Assembly (NCBI GenBank): GCA_964460855.1
Contig: CAYWQH010000004.1
Span: 39,015 to 103,014, forward strand
From: an uncultured Candidatus Saccharibacteria bacterium
GTDB taxonomy: Bacteria; Patescibacteriota; Saccharimonadia; Saccharimonadales; UBA10212
DNA: 64,000 nucleotides
Direction: 5' to 3'
Position numbers and translations under genes: made by a program. Below are positions 63,809-64,000 of this stretch, piece by piece. Position 1 is the stretch's first letter; every line of letters begins with the position of its first letter. The notes beneath the pieces are model-generated. The model had not been told where the DNA came from, searched no databases, and saw only the letters and a list, made by a program, of their open reading frames with translations.

Positions 63809-64000
63809 ATGGATTTTGTTGACCCCAAAAAACGCCGGGCGGCTGCTATCAAGTTGTTTATCGGATATGTCCTAATTGCCATAGCTATTGTTTTTGGCAC
63901 AGTAATTTTAGTTTATGAAGCTAATGGCTATAGCGTTGATAAAACTGGCAATGTCGTTCAAAACGGCTTGTTATTCGTAGATGCGAACCGCTCGCCGGCC
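63809..64000 (+). CDS. N-terminus of a membrane-anchored protein (PEGA-domain-protein-like start), 3' truncated by window
   Basis: ATG 63809, open to the window end (64 codons). MDFVDPKKRRAAAIKLFIGYVLIAIAIVFGTVILVY...NGLLFVD resembles the N-termini of CPR PEGA-domain proteins, recalled from memory. Confidence 0.5.
   Translation, partial: MDFVDPKKRRAAAIKLFIGYVLIAIAIVFGTVILVYEANGYSVDKTGNVVQNGLLFVDANRSPA

Overview
This is a 64-kb chromosomal window that uses the standard genetic code. RF2 is present, and TGA, TAA and TAG all terminate well-supported ORFs. It is gene-dense and mostly housekeeping, with no transposase, integrase, CRISPR array or rRNA.

Content from left to right:
- secA (5' truncated), M16 peptidase, prfB, ftsE-ftsX, a coiled-coil/CHAP hydrolase, a C-terminal processing protease, pyrG.
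- rpmA, xseA-xseB, recO, glyQS, a LysM+Rpf muralytic protein, an NYN protein, a secreted His/Asn/Tyr-rich repeat protein, a GH1 glycosidase.
- A stripped-down dcw cluster: mraZ-rsmH-ftsL-ftsI-mraY-ftsW-murG-ftsQ.
- After a convergent polarity switch at about 35.4-35.9 kb: a soluble VirD4/TraD-like ATPase, a sigma70-region-4/HARE-HTH protein, topA, dprA, pth, der, a pseudouridine synthase.
- Three histidine kinases, receiver-only response regulators, a family-5 solute-binding protein with no transporter, tRNA-Glu(CUC), gltX, and the start of a PEGA-like protein.

The repertoire suggests a reduced-genome Patescibacteria/CPR, Saccharibacteria-like organism. This rests on the soluble T4CP-like ATPase, the sigma-r4/HARE-HTH protein, the PEGA-type N-terminus, the reduced dcw cluster and receiver-only regulators. 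It is inference only.

Most unusual signals:
1. A mosaic locus at 43.4-46.6 kb. A promoter- and terminator-delimited hairpin-dense non-coding stretch is followed by five individually insulated mini-genes that flank pth. Four encode 2-TM peptides and one an Arg-rich peptide. They are GC3-rich ORFs in AT-rich spacers, each ending in a perfect GC hairpin.
2. Two copies of a roughly 170-190-nt long-hairpin element with a conserved 14+15-nt core but different, still complementary, outer stems (11.4 kb and 62.4 kb).
3. A 588-bp gene-free convergence zone after ftsQ, bracketed by a 17-nt GTTC repeat. It may be near the replication terminus.
4. Unusually long A/C-tract leaders inside the dcw operon, plus a clear four-box MraZ operator.
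5. A signalling operon with an orphan SBP, two kinases and an output-less receiver.

All functional calls come from motif recognition by eye. No database search was run.
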